Virus record (IMG/VR): IMGVR_UViG_3300008448_000018
Coordinates: 1 to 64,000 of that record
Length of the DNA: 64,000 nt
From: a virus
Strand: one strand, 5' to 3'
Shown here: positions 24,523 through 33,361 of the stretch, one piece after another
Layout of the letters: every line of letters starts with the position of its first letter
Numbering within the stretch: the first letter of the stretch is position 1
Notes under the pieces: generated by a model
Databases searched by the model: none
What the model was told of the DNA's origin: nothing
What the model saw: the letters and a program-made list of their open reading frames with translations, nothing else
Program-made: the position numbers and the translations under genes

Positions 24523-24655
24523 GATTAACCTTCTTTTGTGATTTATTTAAATATGGACCAAGATCTGCCTTAACTGTTCCATCTTTTCTAAGACGAACAA
24601 TTCTTCCATTCTTAATCTGTGTTGGATTAAATGCTGTTGCTTTTCTTTTTGACAT
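24515..24655 (-). CDS. small basic protein (46 aa)
   Basis: MSKRKATAFNPTQIKNGRIVRLRKDGTVK... Confidence 0.55.
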   Translation of the reverse strand: MSKRKATAFNPTQIKNGRIVRLRKDGTVKADLGPYLNKSQKKVNHG

Positions 24656-25389
24656 TACTTAATTAATCCTTTTGGATCAAAAGAACCATCCCAAATACTT
24701 TTTGTTGTAGACTGTGAATCTGACTTATAGGTTCCACCACGACGCTTGTACTCTTGTACAACCCAAGAATTTGCTACTGCAGAAGGATAAACATCAAACT
24801 TATCTTTTGCTGCTTGTACCACTCTTGCATATAACTTTGGATTTGCTGGTGTGGAACCACCACTACGTGGCTGAATCATTTCACCATAGTTAGGCTTCTT
24901 TGCTTTATCCATATAATTCTCTTCAGATTCCATATCTGATTCTTCTTCATCATCTTCTTCATTTTCCATTGAATGATTGTCAATATCAATTACCTCTGCA
25001 TCTTTATACATCATTCCAATGCTATATGCAGTTGGCTCCCAACCATCTTCTTCTTCTTTATAAATTCTTACAGACATTGCTGGATTTTCTGGAGGCATTG
25101 ACTCAAGGGCATACTCAGTTCCAGGTGTTCCCAATGTTCCACCTTCTATCATAATATGTTCTACCATGCCATGAATCATTCCTTCTTTAGTCATACCCAT
25201 GACAAAATCGCCTTCTCTTACAACATGCATTGATTTGTCTATGTTACCTTCTGAACGATTGATTGCATAAATCTGTGCAGCGGCTTCTGCTCGTGTGTTA
25301 TGGCATCCCATTACTTCATTTGTACCCTCTTTTACAGCAGGGTATCCTGAACATCCGTATGAACCCTTTGCCCCAATATGATACGGCAT
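24655..25389 (-). CDS. multi-domain protein with C-terminal DUF5872-like domain
   Basis: PANPKLYARV..KFDVYPSA.ANSWVVQEYKRRGGTY. Confidence 0.7.
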   Translation of the reverse strand: MPYHIGAKGSYGCSGYPAVKEGTNEVMGCHNTRAEAAAQIYAINRSEGNIDKSMHVVREGDFVMGMTKEGMIHGMVEHIMIEGGTLGTPGTEYALESMPPENPAMSVRIYKEEEDGWEPTAYSIGMMYKDAEVIDIDNHSMENEEDDEEESDMESEENYMDKAKKPNYGEMIQPRSGGSTPANPKLYARVVQAAKDKFDVYPSAVANSWVVQEYKRRGGTYKSDSQSTTKSIWDGSFDPKGLIK

Positions 25390-25421
25390 AGTAAACCTCC
25401 TAAGTTTCTATCTAAATTATA

Positions 25422-25757
25422 TCAGACTTTACGCTGGAGCAGCCTAATGATTTCAAACAAAGACCATCTTTCTTGCTTAGATAAGCCTTCAATCTCTTCT
25501 CTATTCAAAGCCTTTGGGGTAATTGTGATTACTGGATCCTTTTGAAATAGATCTAGGTTTAAAAAGCCTTTTTCCCATAGATTCATAACTTCAGAATTGA
25601 CTGTGCGGATATGCTCATTATAAAGATCAGGCATTAATTGTTGTATTTTTGGGGTAAATGAGTAAAGCATCTCGCCAGTATCTTCATCAATGGCAGCAGC
25701 CTCAAGACCACCTTTAAGGATGAGGTCGTCTATAATTTTATCTTCTTCGCTATCCAT
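25422..25757 (-). CDS. hypothetical protein
   Basis: GAGG RBS before MDSEED; LWEKGF. Confidence 0.7.
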   Translation of the reverse strand: MDSEEDKIIDDLILKGGLEAAAIDEDTGEMLYSFTPKIQQLMPDLYNEHIRTVNSEVMNLWEKGFLNLDLFQKDPVITITPKALNREEIEGLSKQERWSLFEIIRLLQRKV

Positions 25758-26004
25758 TAATAAATTCCTCAATTTGCTCTCTTGTTTTGGCACCATTCAT
25801 ACGTCTAAGTTCTTTACCATCTTCTATTAAAATAAAGGTTGGTATTGCTTTAATTTCAAACTTTCTGCAAAGTTCTCCATTATCGTCAGCATCAATAAAT
25901 TGAATTTTAATAACATTATCTCTATTCAACTCTTCTGCAATTGGCTTTGTACGCTTACATGGATTGCACCATTCAGCAGTAAAGTATAGTATATGACGCA
26001 TCAC
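25750..26004 (-). CDS. thioredoxin
   Basis: FTAEWCNPCK, IPTF. Confidence 0.9.
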   Translation of the reverse strand: MMRHILYFTAEWCNPCKRTKPIAEELNRDNVIKIQFIDADDNGELCRKFEIKAIPTFILIEDGKELRRMNGAKTREQIEEFING

Positions 26005-26408
26005 TTGCCAGACTTTGCTCTAGCCTTTTTTAATGCCTCAAAATCTTTGATCTTAGTTTCACCAAGATATCCCCATGCGTATCCATCATTAATCATCTTA
26101 TTATTAAGAGATTCTGATTCTCCATTTACATATACCCAGCCAAGTATGCGACCATATTTTTCTGATGAGTCCATTTTTTCTGTACGAATTACTACAGACT
26201 TAGCATCCTTTAGATGCTTCTTGAGGTATTCTTTTGCTTCAATTCCAAGAGCCTTTTCAGCCTTGTCTGTTGTGCGTGACTCTGGAGTATCAATACCAGC
26301 AAGACGAACACGGGATGAAAATAAAATATCAAACCCTAAATCAATAATAACATCAATGGTATCTCCATCGACAACATTCTTTACTTCTTTAACAAAATAC
26401 TCATACAT
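26001..26408 (-). CDS. staphylococcal-nuclease (thermonuclease) family protein
   Basis: VVDGDT, RVRLAGIDTPE, KYGRILG. Confidence 0.9.
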   Translation of the reverse strand: MYEYFVKEVKNVVDGDTIDVIIDLGFDILFSSRVRLAGIDTPESRTTDKAEKALGIEAKEYLKKHLKDAKSVVIRTEKMDSSEKYGRILGWVYVNGESESLNNKMINDGYAWGYLGETKIKDFEALKKARAKSGK

Positions 26409-26662
26409 TAGTAGTCTTTACCTTTCGCTTTGTTTTCAACCAATTTTTCACGCTCATCAACAATTGTAAGCATAAAAGACATCATCTTTGCATAACCCTC
26501 TTTATTGTCCATAATCCTGTTATAGTGATGACCACAAAACATTAGGTCTCCAGTTAAACCAGTAACCTTGACAAGGGCTTCTGCTGCACATGAATCACAG
26601 CGATCTGTCGCTTTTAATACCCATTCTTTTGCAACAATCTCTTCTGTAATCATTGTTCTCAT
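26408..26662 (-). CDS. actinobacterial zinc-finger protein
   Basis: DRCDSC...LMFCGHH. Confidence 0.75.
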   Translation of the reverse strand: MRTMITEEIVAKEWVLKATDRCDSCAAEALVKVTGLTGDLMFCGHHYNRIMDNKEGYAKMMSFMLTIVDEREKLVENKAKGKDY

Positions 26663-26671
26663 AGTATACCG

Positions 26672-26845
26672 CTACTTTCTGTTGTCTGTTGAATAGAATC
26701 CACTACCATTAAAAATTGTTGCTGTTGCAGTCCAAACTCTTTGCATAGATTGACTACAGCATACTGGTTCCCTATCTTCACCAAATCCTCTTTCAAATTC
26801 AACTTGAGACGAGCACACAGTACACTTGTAGTCATATCTTGGCAT
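26672..26845 (-). CDS. FmdB-family zinc ribbon
   Basis: MPRYDYKCTVC...FNGSGFYSTD (hand-translated). Confidence 0.8.
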   Translation of the reverse strand: MPRYDYKCTVCSSQVEFERGFGEDREPVCCSQSMQRVWTATATIFNGSGFYSTDNRK

Positions 26846-26846
26846 A

Positions 26847-27638
26847 TTACTTACCTCTTAGTGCCTTTAGTGTTGCTTGATCGACTACACCTGTTACTGG
26901 CAAAGAAGATTTCTTTTGAAAAGCCTTAACTGCTTTTTCAGTTCCTGGACCAAAATCACCATCGGCATTGACTCCAAGAAGTTCTTGAACCTTTTTTACT
27001 GTTTCTCCTTTTGAGCCCACCTTAAATGGTTTAAACTCTTTCTTTTCTGCAGGAGCAGAAGGCTTTACAGCAACTGAACCTGATGGAATTATTGATTCAC
27101 CCTTTGAAAGTAATGCAAGGTTTTCTTCTCCAGCGTATACTGGACGACCCCAACCAACAACTGCGTTAAGGATACCTTTCTTATTCTTTACATAAGCACG
27201 AGTCTTTTCTACACACATTCCGCCATTGCGTTGGTCACCCTTTGCAGTTCCAGATGTGTTTCCTTCAATAACTTGAATTGTTCCATCACCATTGTTCTTA
27301 ATGCAAAGACCAACATGTGAAATACGATTTACACCATCATCTGGGAAATCAAAATAAATCCAGTCTCCTGGTGTTGGATCATCATTACGAGCATCTGCCC
27401 AACGATTATTCTTCTTAAACCAATCTGCTGCTGCAACAGTTGATGCAGTCTTTGGATACTTCTTTGGATCTAGACCAGATGTAAATGCACACCAAGAGAC
27501 AAATGACTGGCACCATGGAGCAAAGTTTGCACCAGACCATTTACCATACTTTGTCTCGTTATCTTTTGGACCTTCAATAGTTCCAATTTCTGCTTTAGCA
27601 ACCTCAATAATTGCTGCCAAACTACCTTTTGCTGCCAT
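26847..27638 (-). CDS. endolysin: CHAP domain plus peptidoglycan-binding domain
   Basis: PWCQSFVSW, SHVG, IEGNT; ADGDFGPGTEKAVKAFQ. Confidence 0.9.
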   Translation of the reverse strand: MAAKGSLAAIIEVAKAEIGTIEGPKDNETKYGKWSGANFAPWCQSFVSWCAFTSGLDPKKYPKTASTVAAADWFKKNNRWADARNDDPTPGDWIYFDFPDDGVNRISHVGLCIKNNGDGTIQVIEGNTSGTAKGDQRNGGMCVEKTRAYVKNKKGILNAVVGWGRPVYAGEENLALLSKGESIIPSGSVAVKPSAPAEKKEFKPFKVGSKGETVKKVQELLGVNADGDFGPGTEKAVKAFQKKSSLPVTGVVDQATLKALRGK

Positions 27639-27711
27639 GTTTCCTCCTAATTAAAGTGGACAGTTTATTACAGGACATGTCCAGGTCCTCTAGTCTATTA
27701 TATCCTATTGG

Positions 27712-28140
27712 TTACTTTTTTGCAACTTTGATGTCAATTGTTTTAGGCTTCTTGTCTTCTGGAACAATACGATCTACATTAATGTGTAGCATACCATCCT
27801 TCATTTCAGCCCCAGTTACTTCCATGTATTCTCCAAGAGCAAATGATCGTACAAATTTACGAGCAGCAATTCCCTTGTGAACTACTTCAGCATCTGTTAC
27901 TTCAACAATCTCACCCTTGATAATTAATGTTCCATTATCTACAGATACATTAATATCTTCCTTTGAGAATCCAGCAATGGCTAGTGAGACTCTATATGTA
28001 TCTTCATCTAGTTTTAGGATGTCATAAGGTGGATATGTTTGTGAGTTTGTTTTATATGCGCTGTTTAGGCGATTCAACTCTCTGTTGAAGCCAATAAAAA
28101 AAGGATCATTGAATAGATCCATAGCGAGTTTTGTTACCAT
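27712..28140 (-). CDS. small heat shock protein Hsp20
   Basis: YPPYDI, LAIAGF, HKGIAARKF.RSF, DGML.I. Confidence 0.92.
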   Translation of the reverse strand: MVTKLAMDLFNDPFFIGFNRELNRLNSAYKTNSQTYPPYDILKLDEDTYRVSLAIAGFSKEDINVSVDNGTLIIKGEIVEVTDAEVVHKGIAARKFVRSFALGEYMEVTGAEMKDGMLHINVDRIVPEDKKPKTIDIKVAKK

Positions 28141-28214
28141 TTTTATTCCCCTTTCAAGCGAATAAGTTAGTGTACCCCCGTAGGCAGTACACTACTATTA
28201 TACCAAATCTTTAG

Positions 28215-28285
28215 AGCGACTAGCGAGAATCGAACTCGCACATTAACCTTGGCAAGGTTACGCACTACCACTATGCAATAGTCGC
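28215..28285 (-). tRNA. tRNA-Gly(GCC)
   Basis: GCGACTA/TAGTCGC; TAACC-TTGCCAA-GGTTA. Confidence 0.9.
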
Positions 28286-28286
28286 T

Positions 28287-28362
28287 TGGCTGGTCTGGTA
28301 GGACTCGAACCTACGACCCAGGCATTAACAGTGCCTTGTTCTGCCAACTGAACTACAGACCA
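28287..28362 (-). tRNA. tRNA-Asn(GUU), CCA encoded
   Basis: TGGTCTG/CAGACCA; AGGCA-CTGTTAA-TGCCT. Confidence 0.92.
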
Positions 28363-28369
28363 AAACCTT

Positions 28370-29251
28370 TTACTTTAAAACATCAACAACTGTATTGTTT
28401 TTGTTTGTGTCTGATGTTGTAGCAATAGACTTTAGATAATCATAAGTCATTTGATAGTTTCCAGCATAAGATTTTGCCCAATATGCTGCAAAGGCTGCGG
28501 TTGCAGCAGAAGTTCCTGATACATTTTCTGTAGCAAATTCATGTCTGCCAAGAGCATAAAAATCAGTTTCTGCAGAATCATTATTGTATGCTTCTGTATT
28601 TCCTCTAGGACCAATAGATGCAACTGCCACTGCTTCTGTTAAGCATGCTGGATAGTTAATACGAGTTTTATCTCTTTCATTACCAGTTGCAAAAACTGAT
28701 GCAACACCTAAAGCCTTTAAAGACTCAATAGAAGATTTTAGTCCAGAGTCGAATCTATTCATAGAGCAATAATTTGTTCCAGTCTTTGTTGGTTTTTGAC
28801 CAAGCGAAACAGAAACTGCAACTACATTAAACTTTGTCTTGTTTTTAATTACCCAATCAAGAGCCTGCTTTACTGTGCTGTTTGCATTTGCAGCAGATGT
28901 AGCAACATTTCCATTTTTATCCATAGGAAAAATTCGAATAAATACAATGTCAATGTTTGGATTGGTTTTTGTAGCAACCAAAGACATTTGTGTTCCATGT
29001 GCAAATCCCCCAGAATAAATCTGATTTGCTGGAAGCGTTGCAGATCCTGGACCTTCCATAAAAGACTTCTTGTTTGGACAACGAAGTTCTTCCATTAAGC
29101 AAACTTCATGGATAATCTTACCTTGCAATGCTGGTAGAGATGTGTCTACTGCTGTGTCAATAATAACGATTGACTTTTTATCTTGAGCATATGTTGGTTG
29201 TAAAACCACTAAACTTACTACTGCAATTAACCCCACTGCTATTTTTTTCAT
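28370..29251 (-). CDS. secreted subtilisin-like (S8) peptidase
   Basis: Signal peptide; IIDT, HGT, ATGN, GTSAAT. Confidence 0.85.
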   Translation of the reverse strand: MKKIAVGLIAVVSLVVLQPTYAQDKKSIVIIDTAVDTSLPALQGKIIHEVCLMEELRCPNKKSFMEGPGSATLPANQIYSGGFAHGTQMSLVATKTNPNIDIVFIRIFPMDKNGNVATSAANANSTVKQALDWVIKNKTKFNVVAVSVSLGQKPTKTGTNYCSMNRFDSGLKSSIESLKALGVASVFATGNERDKTRINYPACLTEAVAVASIGPRGNTEAYNNDSAETDFYALGRHEFATENVSGTSAATAAFAAYWAKSYAGNYQMTYDYLKSIATTSDTNKNNTVVDVLK

Positions 29252-29259
29252 TTTTCTCC

Positions 29260-29451
29260 TTAGATCATTAGACGGACTACATGACAACATGGGTCGCCAC
29301 CGTCTTCCCATTCTTGCATTTCATCTTCACCCATGTACTGATATCCACCATCATGGGTATTGCAATACGGTTCTGTTACCCATCCCCGTTCAATTCCATT
29401 TGTTAACCAAATGCCAAACTCTGCGTCTTCTACGCTATCTTCTTCATGCAT
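29260..29451 (-). CDS. small actinophage protein (C.THDG...GGDPC)
   Basis: Leaderless after TTGACG-N17-TATACT. Confidence 0.7.
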   Translation of the reverse strand: MHEEDSVEDAEFGIWLTNGIERGWVTEPYCNTHDGGYQYMGEDEMQEWEDGGDPCCHVVRLMI

Positions 29452-29466
29452 ATTATAAGTATACCC

Positions 29467-29991
29467 TTAAATGCTTACTACGTCAACTGGACCCATGCAA
29501 GATGGACTAAACTTAATTGCTGCTGATACAGCAGAGACTACACGATTTCTTGCATTTTTTTGTTTATCAGTTGCATATAGAACGCCATAAGCATATTCAG
29601 CACCTGAACCCATTGCAAGATATGGAAGTGTATATTTAGATAAAGACATATCCGCAGAACTGTGTTCATATATTTCACCACGAACTGCAATAATCAAACC
29701 AAGATCTCCATCTTTTGATGTATCTACCCAAAACTCATTATAAAATTCTTTTAATTCTTTAACAAATCTTGTTTGCATAAACTTATCTGTATCTTTAATG
29801 TTTGGTGCAGTTGGCTTAAAGTTATAACGAATTCTTTCTCCATCCATTGCCCCCGCATATCCAATTAAATATGGACCAATTTTCCAAACTTTTGGTGCAT
29901 CTAGAGCAAGAATAGTTCCATCATCTGACGCACCACGGTCACCAGCCATGTAAATTTTATCGTCATGTTTTACTACAGCAATGCAAGTCAT
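29467..29991 (-). CDS. Ntn-hydrolase (HslV/proteasome-beta-like) peptidase
   Basis: N-terminal MTC, AGD, KV, LAMGSG. Confidence 0.8.
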   Translation of the reverse strand: MTCIAVVKHDDKIYMAGDRGASDDGTILALDAPKVWKIGPYLIGYAGAMDGERIRYNFKPTAPNIKDTDKFMQTRFVKELKEFYNEFWVDTSKDGDLGLIIAVRGEIYEHSSADMSLSKYTLPYLAMGSGAEYAYGVLYATDKQKNARNRVVSAVSAAIKFSPSCMGPVDVVSI

Positions 29992-30062
29992 GCAAAAACC
30001 CCTCTAGATACGTATATTTAAGTATACCATCTACCCTTAAATAGTGTCAAGCAAGGTGTTAT

Positions 30063-30419
30063 TTATTCAATAAAGTCGTCAAGATCATCAATATCATCTG
30101 CTACCTGGCTAACTGTAGGCTCAGATGTTTGAATAGCCTGTGACTCATATGGCTGAGAAGTTTGTGAACTATCTGAACCCCCACCATTTTTACCAATCAA
30201 GATACCAGCAAGCGTGCCAGTAATAAATGTTGCTACAGATGATAGAACATTGAAAAACATTTTATCATTTTCTGATTGTTCACCTATTGGTTGTGTAACA
30301 AAAACCAGGGCATACAAAATACCCATAGTTGTAAACAATAGAATTGTTCCTAATGTCATGCCAAGGAAAAACTTTAATCTTGCATCTAGTTCATCTGATG
30401 TATATCTTTTTTTACTCAT
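30063..30419 (-). CDS. two-TM membrane protein
   Basis: Two hydrophobic helices. Confidence 0.75.
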   Translation of the reverse strand: MSKKRYTSDELDARLKFFLGMTLGTILLFTTMGILYALVFVTQPIGEQSENDKMFFNVLSSVATFITGTLAGILIGKNGGGSDSSQTSQPYESQAIQTSEPTVSQVADDIDDLDDFIE

Positions 30420-30621
30420 TTACGCTACCCTCCGTAGGATCAAAACCAAGTATGTCTTTAGTGCACAACCCATCTGCTTGGCAGATTGGTGGATTACACT
30501 CTTTATTATACCAGTTAGCAGGGTCATGGCACTCATAACGATATCTATTTTCTAACATTCCGCAAGAAGTTAAAGACATAGATAAGGCTATGATTGATAG
30601 CAGTGCTAACATTTTCTTCAT
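30412..30621 (-). CDS. small lipoprotein
   Basis: Lipobox LTSC; RYEC.DP.NW..EC.PP.C...G.C. Confidence 0.75.
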   Translation of the reverse strand: MKKMLALLSIIALSMSLTSCGMLENRYRYECHDPANWYNKECNPPICQADGLCTKDILGFDPTEGSVNE

Positions 30622-30634
30622 AGTCTGTATTATA

Positions 30635-30814
30635 CTACTCTTCTTTATTTCTAGCAGGACTAGTTAATATCCAAAGTGCGGTAGTTGCTATAATTCCATA
30701 GCCAACTATGGTTTTTGCACTACCATCTAACACAACCCAGGCAATAAACATTCCAAGAAGAGTCCATGCCTGATCAATTAGATCTTTGATTATATTTTTT
30801 AGTATTCTTACCAT
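30635..30814 (-). CDS. small two-TM protein
   Basis: DQAWTLLGMFIAWVVLDGSAK (hand-translated). Confidence 0.7.
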   Translation of the reverse strand: MVRILKNIIKDLIDQAWTLLGMFIAWVVLDGSAKTIVGYGIIATTALWILTSPARNKEE

Positions 30815-33270
30815 TTTCTTCCTCCTCTTGAACCTGGTGAATTGGCACCTGAAGCACCGCCCCCACCAGAACTTCCTCCACCACCTGTACCTCCTCCAGT
30901 TGCCCCACCTGTTGCAACGGCTGCGGCATTAATTGCTGCACCTGCTGCTACAACTGTAGCCACAACCATTTCTGTTGCTTCTTCTCTTTCTGCTTCTGTC
31001 ATATCAGCGCCGATGCTTCCAAGTGCTGCTAATGCTGCTCCAGGATCTGTTAGAGCGGCTGTAAGCAACGCTCCTGGATCTTGAACTAATTCAATATTTG
31101 CTGCTACTGCAGCGGTAATTACAAGAGCATTTCCATTTTCATCAGTGCGAAGTTCAACTGGTGTTGATGGTGGAAGGTCTGCATATGAAACTCCAGATGC
31201 TTTAATTTCTGCTGCTGAAACTGATTCTCCAGGCTTAAGGTCTTCAAGCAAAGCCTCTACAAGAACTTCTTTTTGTTCTTCAGTTAATTCTTTACCGTCT
31301 TTAGCATCTTCAAGAATCTCATTTAATTCTTCTTCTTTTGCTTGAGCCTCTTCTTCTTCAGCCTTTGCTTCTTCTAATTCCTTTTCTTTTGCTTCTGCCT
31401 CTGCTTTAGCATCTTCCTCTGCTTGTCTGGCAGCCTCTGCCTCCGCTTCCTTGGCTGCAGCCTCAGCCTTAGCATCTTCTTCAGCCTGTCTTGCTGCTTC
31501 TGCTTCAGCCTCTAATCTTTCAGCCTCTGCTTTTGCTTCTGCTTCTGCCTGAGCCTGTGCTTCTTGTTCTGCCTTTTGTGCTGCTTCTTCTGCAGCAATC
31601 CTATCTGCTTCTGCCTTTTCAGCATCTGCTTGAGCCTTTGCTGCAGCCTCTTCTGCTGCTATACGATCTGCCTCAGCCTTTGCTGCTGCTGCTTGTGCTG
31701 CTGCTGCTTCTGCTTGTGCACGGGCTGCTGCTGCTTCTGCTGCTCTTGCATTTGCTTCTGCTATTGCTGCTTGTCTAGCAGCCTCCGCTGCTGCTGCAGC
31801 CTGCCGTGCTGCCTCTTCTTCTGCAAGAGTATTATTAACTATTGTTTGTGCAATAACAACTGCTGCTTTCATTGCTTCAACTACTGGCTCAATTGAAGAT
31901 ACTGCAGCATTTAATTCTGCTTCTGCATTGTCTAATTCATTTTCCCAGTAAGCAACTTCTTGTGTTGCTTCTGCAAGATCTGCTTGGGCTGCTGATAGAT
32001 TAGCCTGTGCTGCATCTATTTCAGACTGTAAAGCATCTTCATTTGCAAGCAAACTATTCAGAACTGATTGTGATGCAGACAAAACTGATTGTGCTGCAGA
32101 AAGATCTGCCTGTGCTGATGCAAGTGCCTCTGCTAAATTTGTATCTGCTGGAAGTGGTGTATATGGAGTATATCCAGTAATATCAATATGTGCTGATAAA
32201 TTTGTTGGAGTGCTCCCTTCATTTTGCTGTATAACAGATCCAGTTAATTGATTATTAATTATTTGATTAACTTGAACTTGACCGCTTCCTGCTTGACCCA
32301 CTGAAGATACATCTGCTTTCCATGTTCCATCAATTGGATTTACATCAGCATCAAAAATAATATTAGTTAGTTGCCCAGAACGAGTTCCATACCCTCTAAC
32401 CATCCATTCAATTAAAAGTGTGTTAATAGTTGTTGAATATCTAACATAAGTGTCTGAATCAACATTCCACCAGTCACGGAAGTTAATATAAACTGCTGGA
32501 GCATTTCCACCCCAACCTTGTGGGGTACCAAAAGATATCAAACCATTTGTAGCAACATAAACATCTGTATATTCTTGATCACCAAGTCTGAGGGCATAGG
32601 GCAGAGTCATTTGGAATGACCAGTCATCGTCTTTAGGAAGATCTGTTGTTTGTGGATTGCCTGAATTTTGTAAGGCTATCTGATCTTCAACTAAAGTTAA
32701 GGCAGCCTGCTCTGATGTTACTGTTGCACTATCAGATAAAACTATTGCTGTTTGACTATCTATTTGTCCATTAAGAACTGTCATACTATCTGTCAGAGAT
32801 AAGACTGTTGCTGATTCTGAGGCTACTATTTGAGCCATAGCAGTCTGAGTTTCTACCGCTTGAGCCAGGGAATTCTGAGTAGAAATAACATTGTTAACAG
32901 CCACAGTAGCACTATCTACTACTGTCTGAGCCTGGGTAATAGAAGTATTTGCCTGTGTAATAGTGGCTGTAATGGTCTCTGTAGGGCTTGTAATGGCTGT
33001 TGCTTGGGTCTCTATGACTGCCGTGGTAGTTTCAGCCTGAGTAATTGTAGCCTGTGCTACCTCAATTATGGCTGTAGCACTTTCTACAGATGTATGCACT
33101 ATAACTGTTGAAGAAGAATCTATTGTTGCCGTTGATGTATCAGACGAAGATACTTGGTTTGTTACTGTTTCATCTGCATGTGCTTGGCTAATTGGAGATA
33201 AGATAAACCACAAACCCACCAAAAAAGCAACTACCCCACTTTTTAGTAGGATCTTTTCGATAGAGGGCAC
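30808..33270 (-). CDS. large exported Ala/Glu-rich coiled-coil protein with a NIDO-like beta domain
   Basis: Signal peptide; DD...LP...YTDVYVATNGLISF; long A/E/K helix; C-terminal hydrophobic segment. Confidence 0.75.
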   Translation of the reverse strand: MPSIEKILLKSGVVAFLVGLWFILSPISQAHADETVTNQVSSSDTSTATIDSSSTVIVHTSVESATAIIEVAQATITQAETTTAVIETQATAITSPTETITATITQANTSITQAQTVVDSATVAVNNVISTQNSLAQAVETQTAMAQIVASESATVLSLTDSMTVLNGQIDSQTAIVLSDSATVTSEQAALTLVEDQIALQNSGNPQTTDLPKDDDWSFQMTLPYALRLGDQEYTDVYVATNGLISFGTPQGWGGNAPAVYINFRDWWNVDSDTYVRYSTTINTLLIEWMVRGYGTRSGQLTNIIFDADVNPIDGTWKADVSSVGQAGSGQVQVNQIINNQLTGSVIQQNEGSTPTNLSAHIDITGYTPYTPLPADTNLAEALASAQADLSAAQSVLSASQSVLNSLLANEDALQSEIDAAQANLSAAQADLAEATQEVAYWENELDNAEAELNAAVSSIEPVVEAMKAAVVIAQTIVNNTLAEEEAARQAAAAAEAARQAAIAEANARAAEAAAARAQAEAAAAQAAAAKAEADRIAAEEAAAKAQADAEKAEADRIAAEEAAQKAEQEAQAQAEAEAKAEAERLEAEAEAARQAEEDAKAEAAAKEAEAEAARQAEEDAKAEAEAKEKELEEAKAEEEEAQAKEEELNEILEDAKDGKELTEEQKEVLVEALLEDLKPGESVSAAEIKASGVSYADLPPSTPVELRTDENGNALVITAAVAANIELVQDPGALLTAALTDPGAALAALGSIGADMTEAEREEATEMVVATVVAAGAAINAAAVATGGATGGGTGGGGSSGGGGASGANSPGSRGGRKW

Positions 33271-33316
33271 ATCCTTTCCGATGTTTGATAGTCTTATTAT
33301 ATCATTTTGTTGAAAT

Positions 33317-33347
33317 AAAAAAGAGGGTTAGCACTTGGCTAACCCCC
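33317..33347 (-). terminator. intrinsic terminator
   Basis: Minus strand GGGTTAGC-CAAGT-GCTAACCC then TCTTTTTT. Confidence 0.75.
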
Positions 33348-33361
33348 TAATTTATAAAGTT

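Noticed and set aside
31330-31830. GCT/GCA-rich repetitive DNA
   Set aside because: Explained by Ala/Glu coiled-coil coding.
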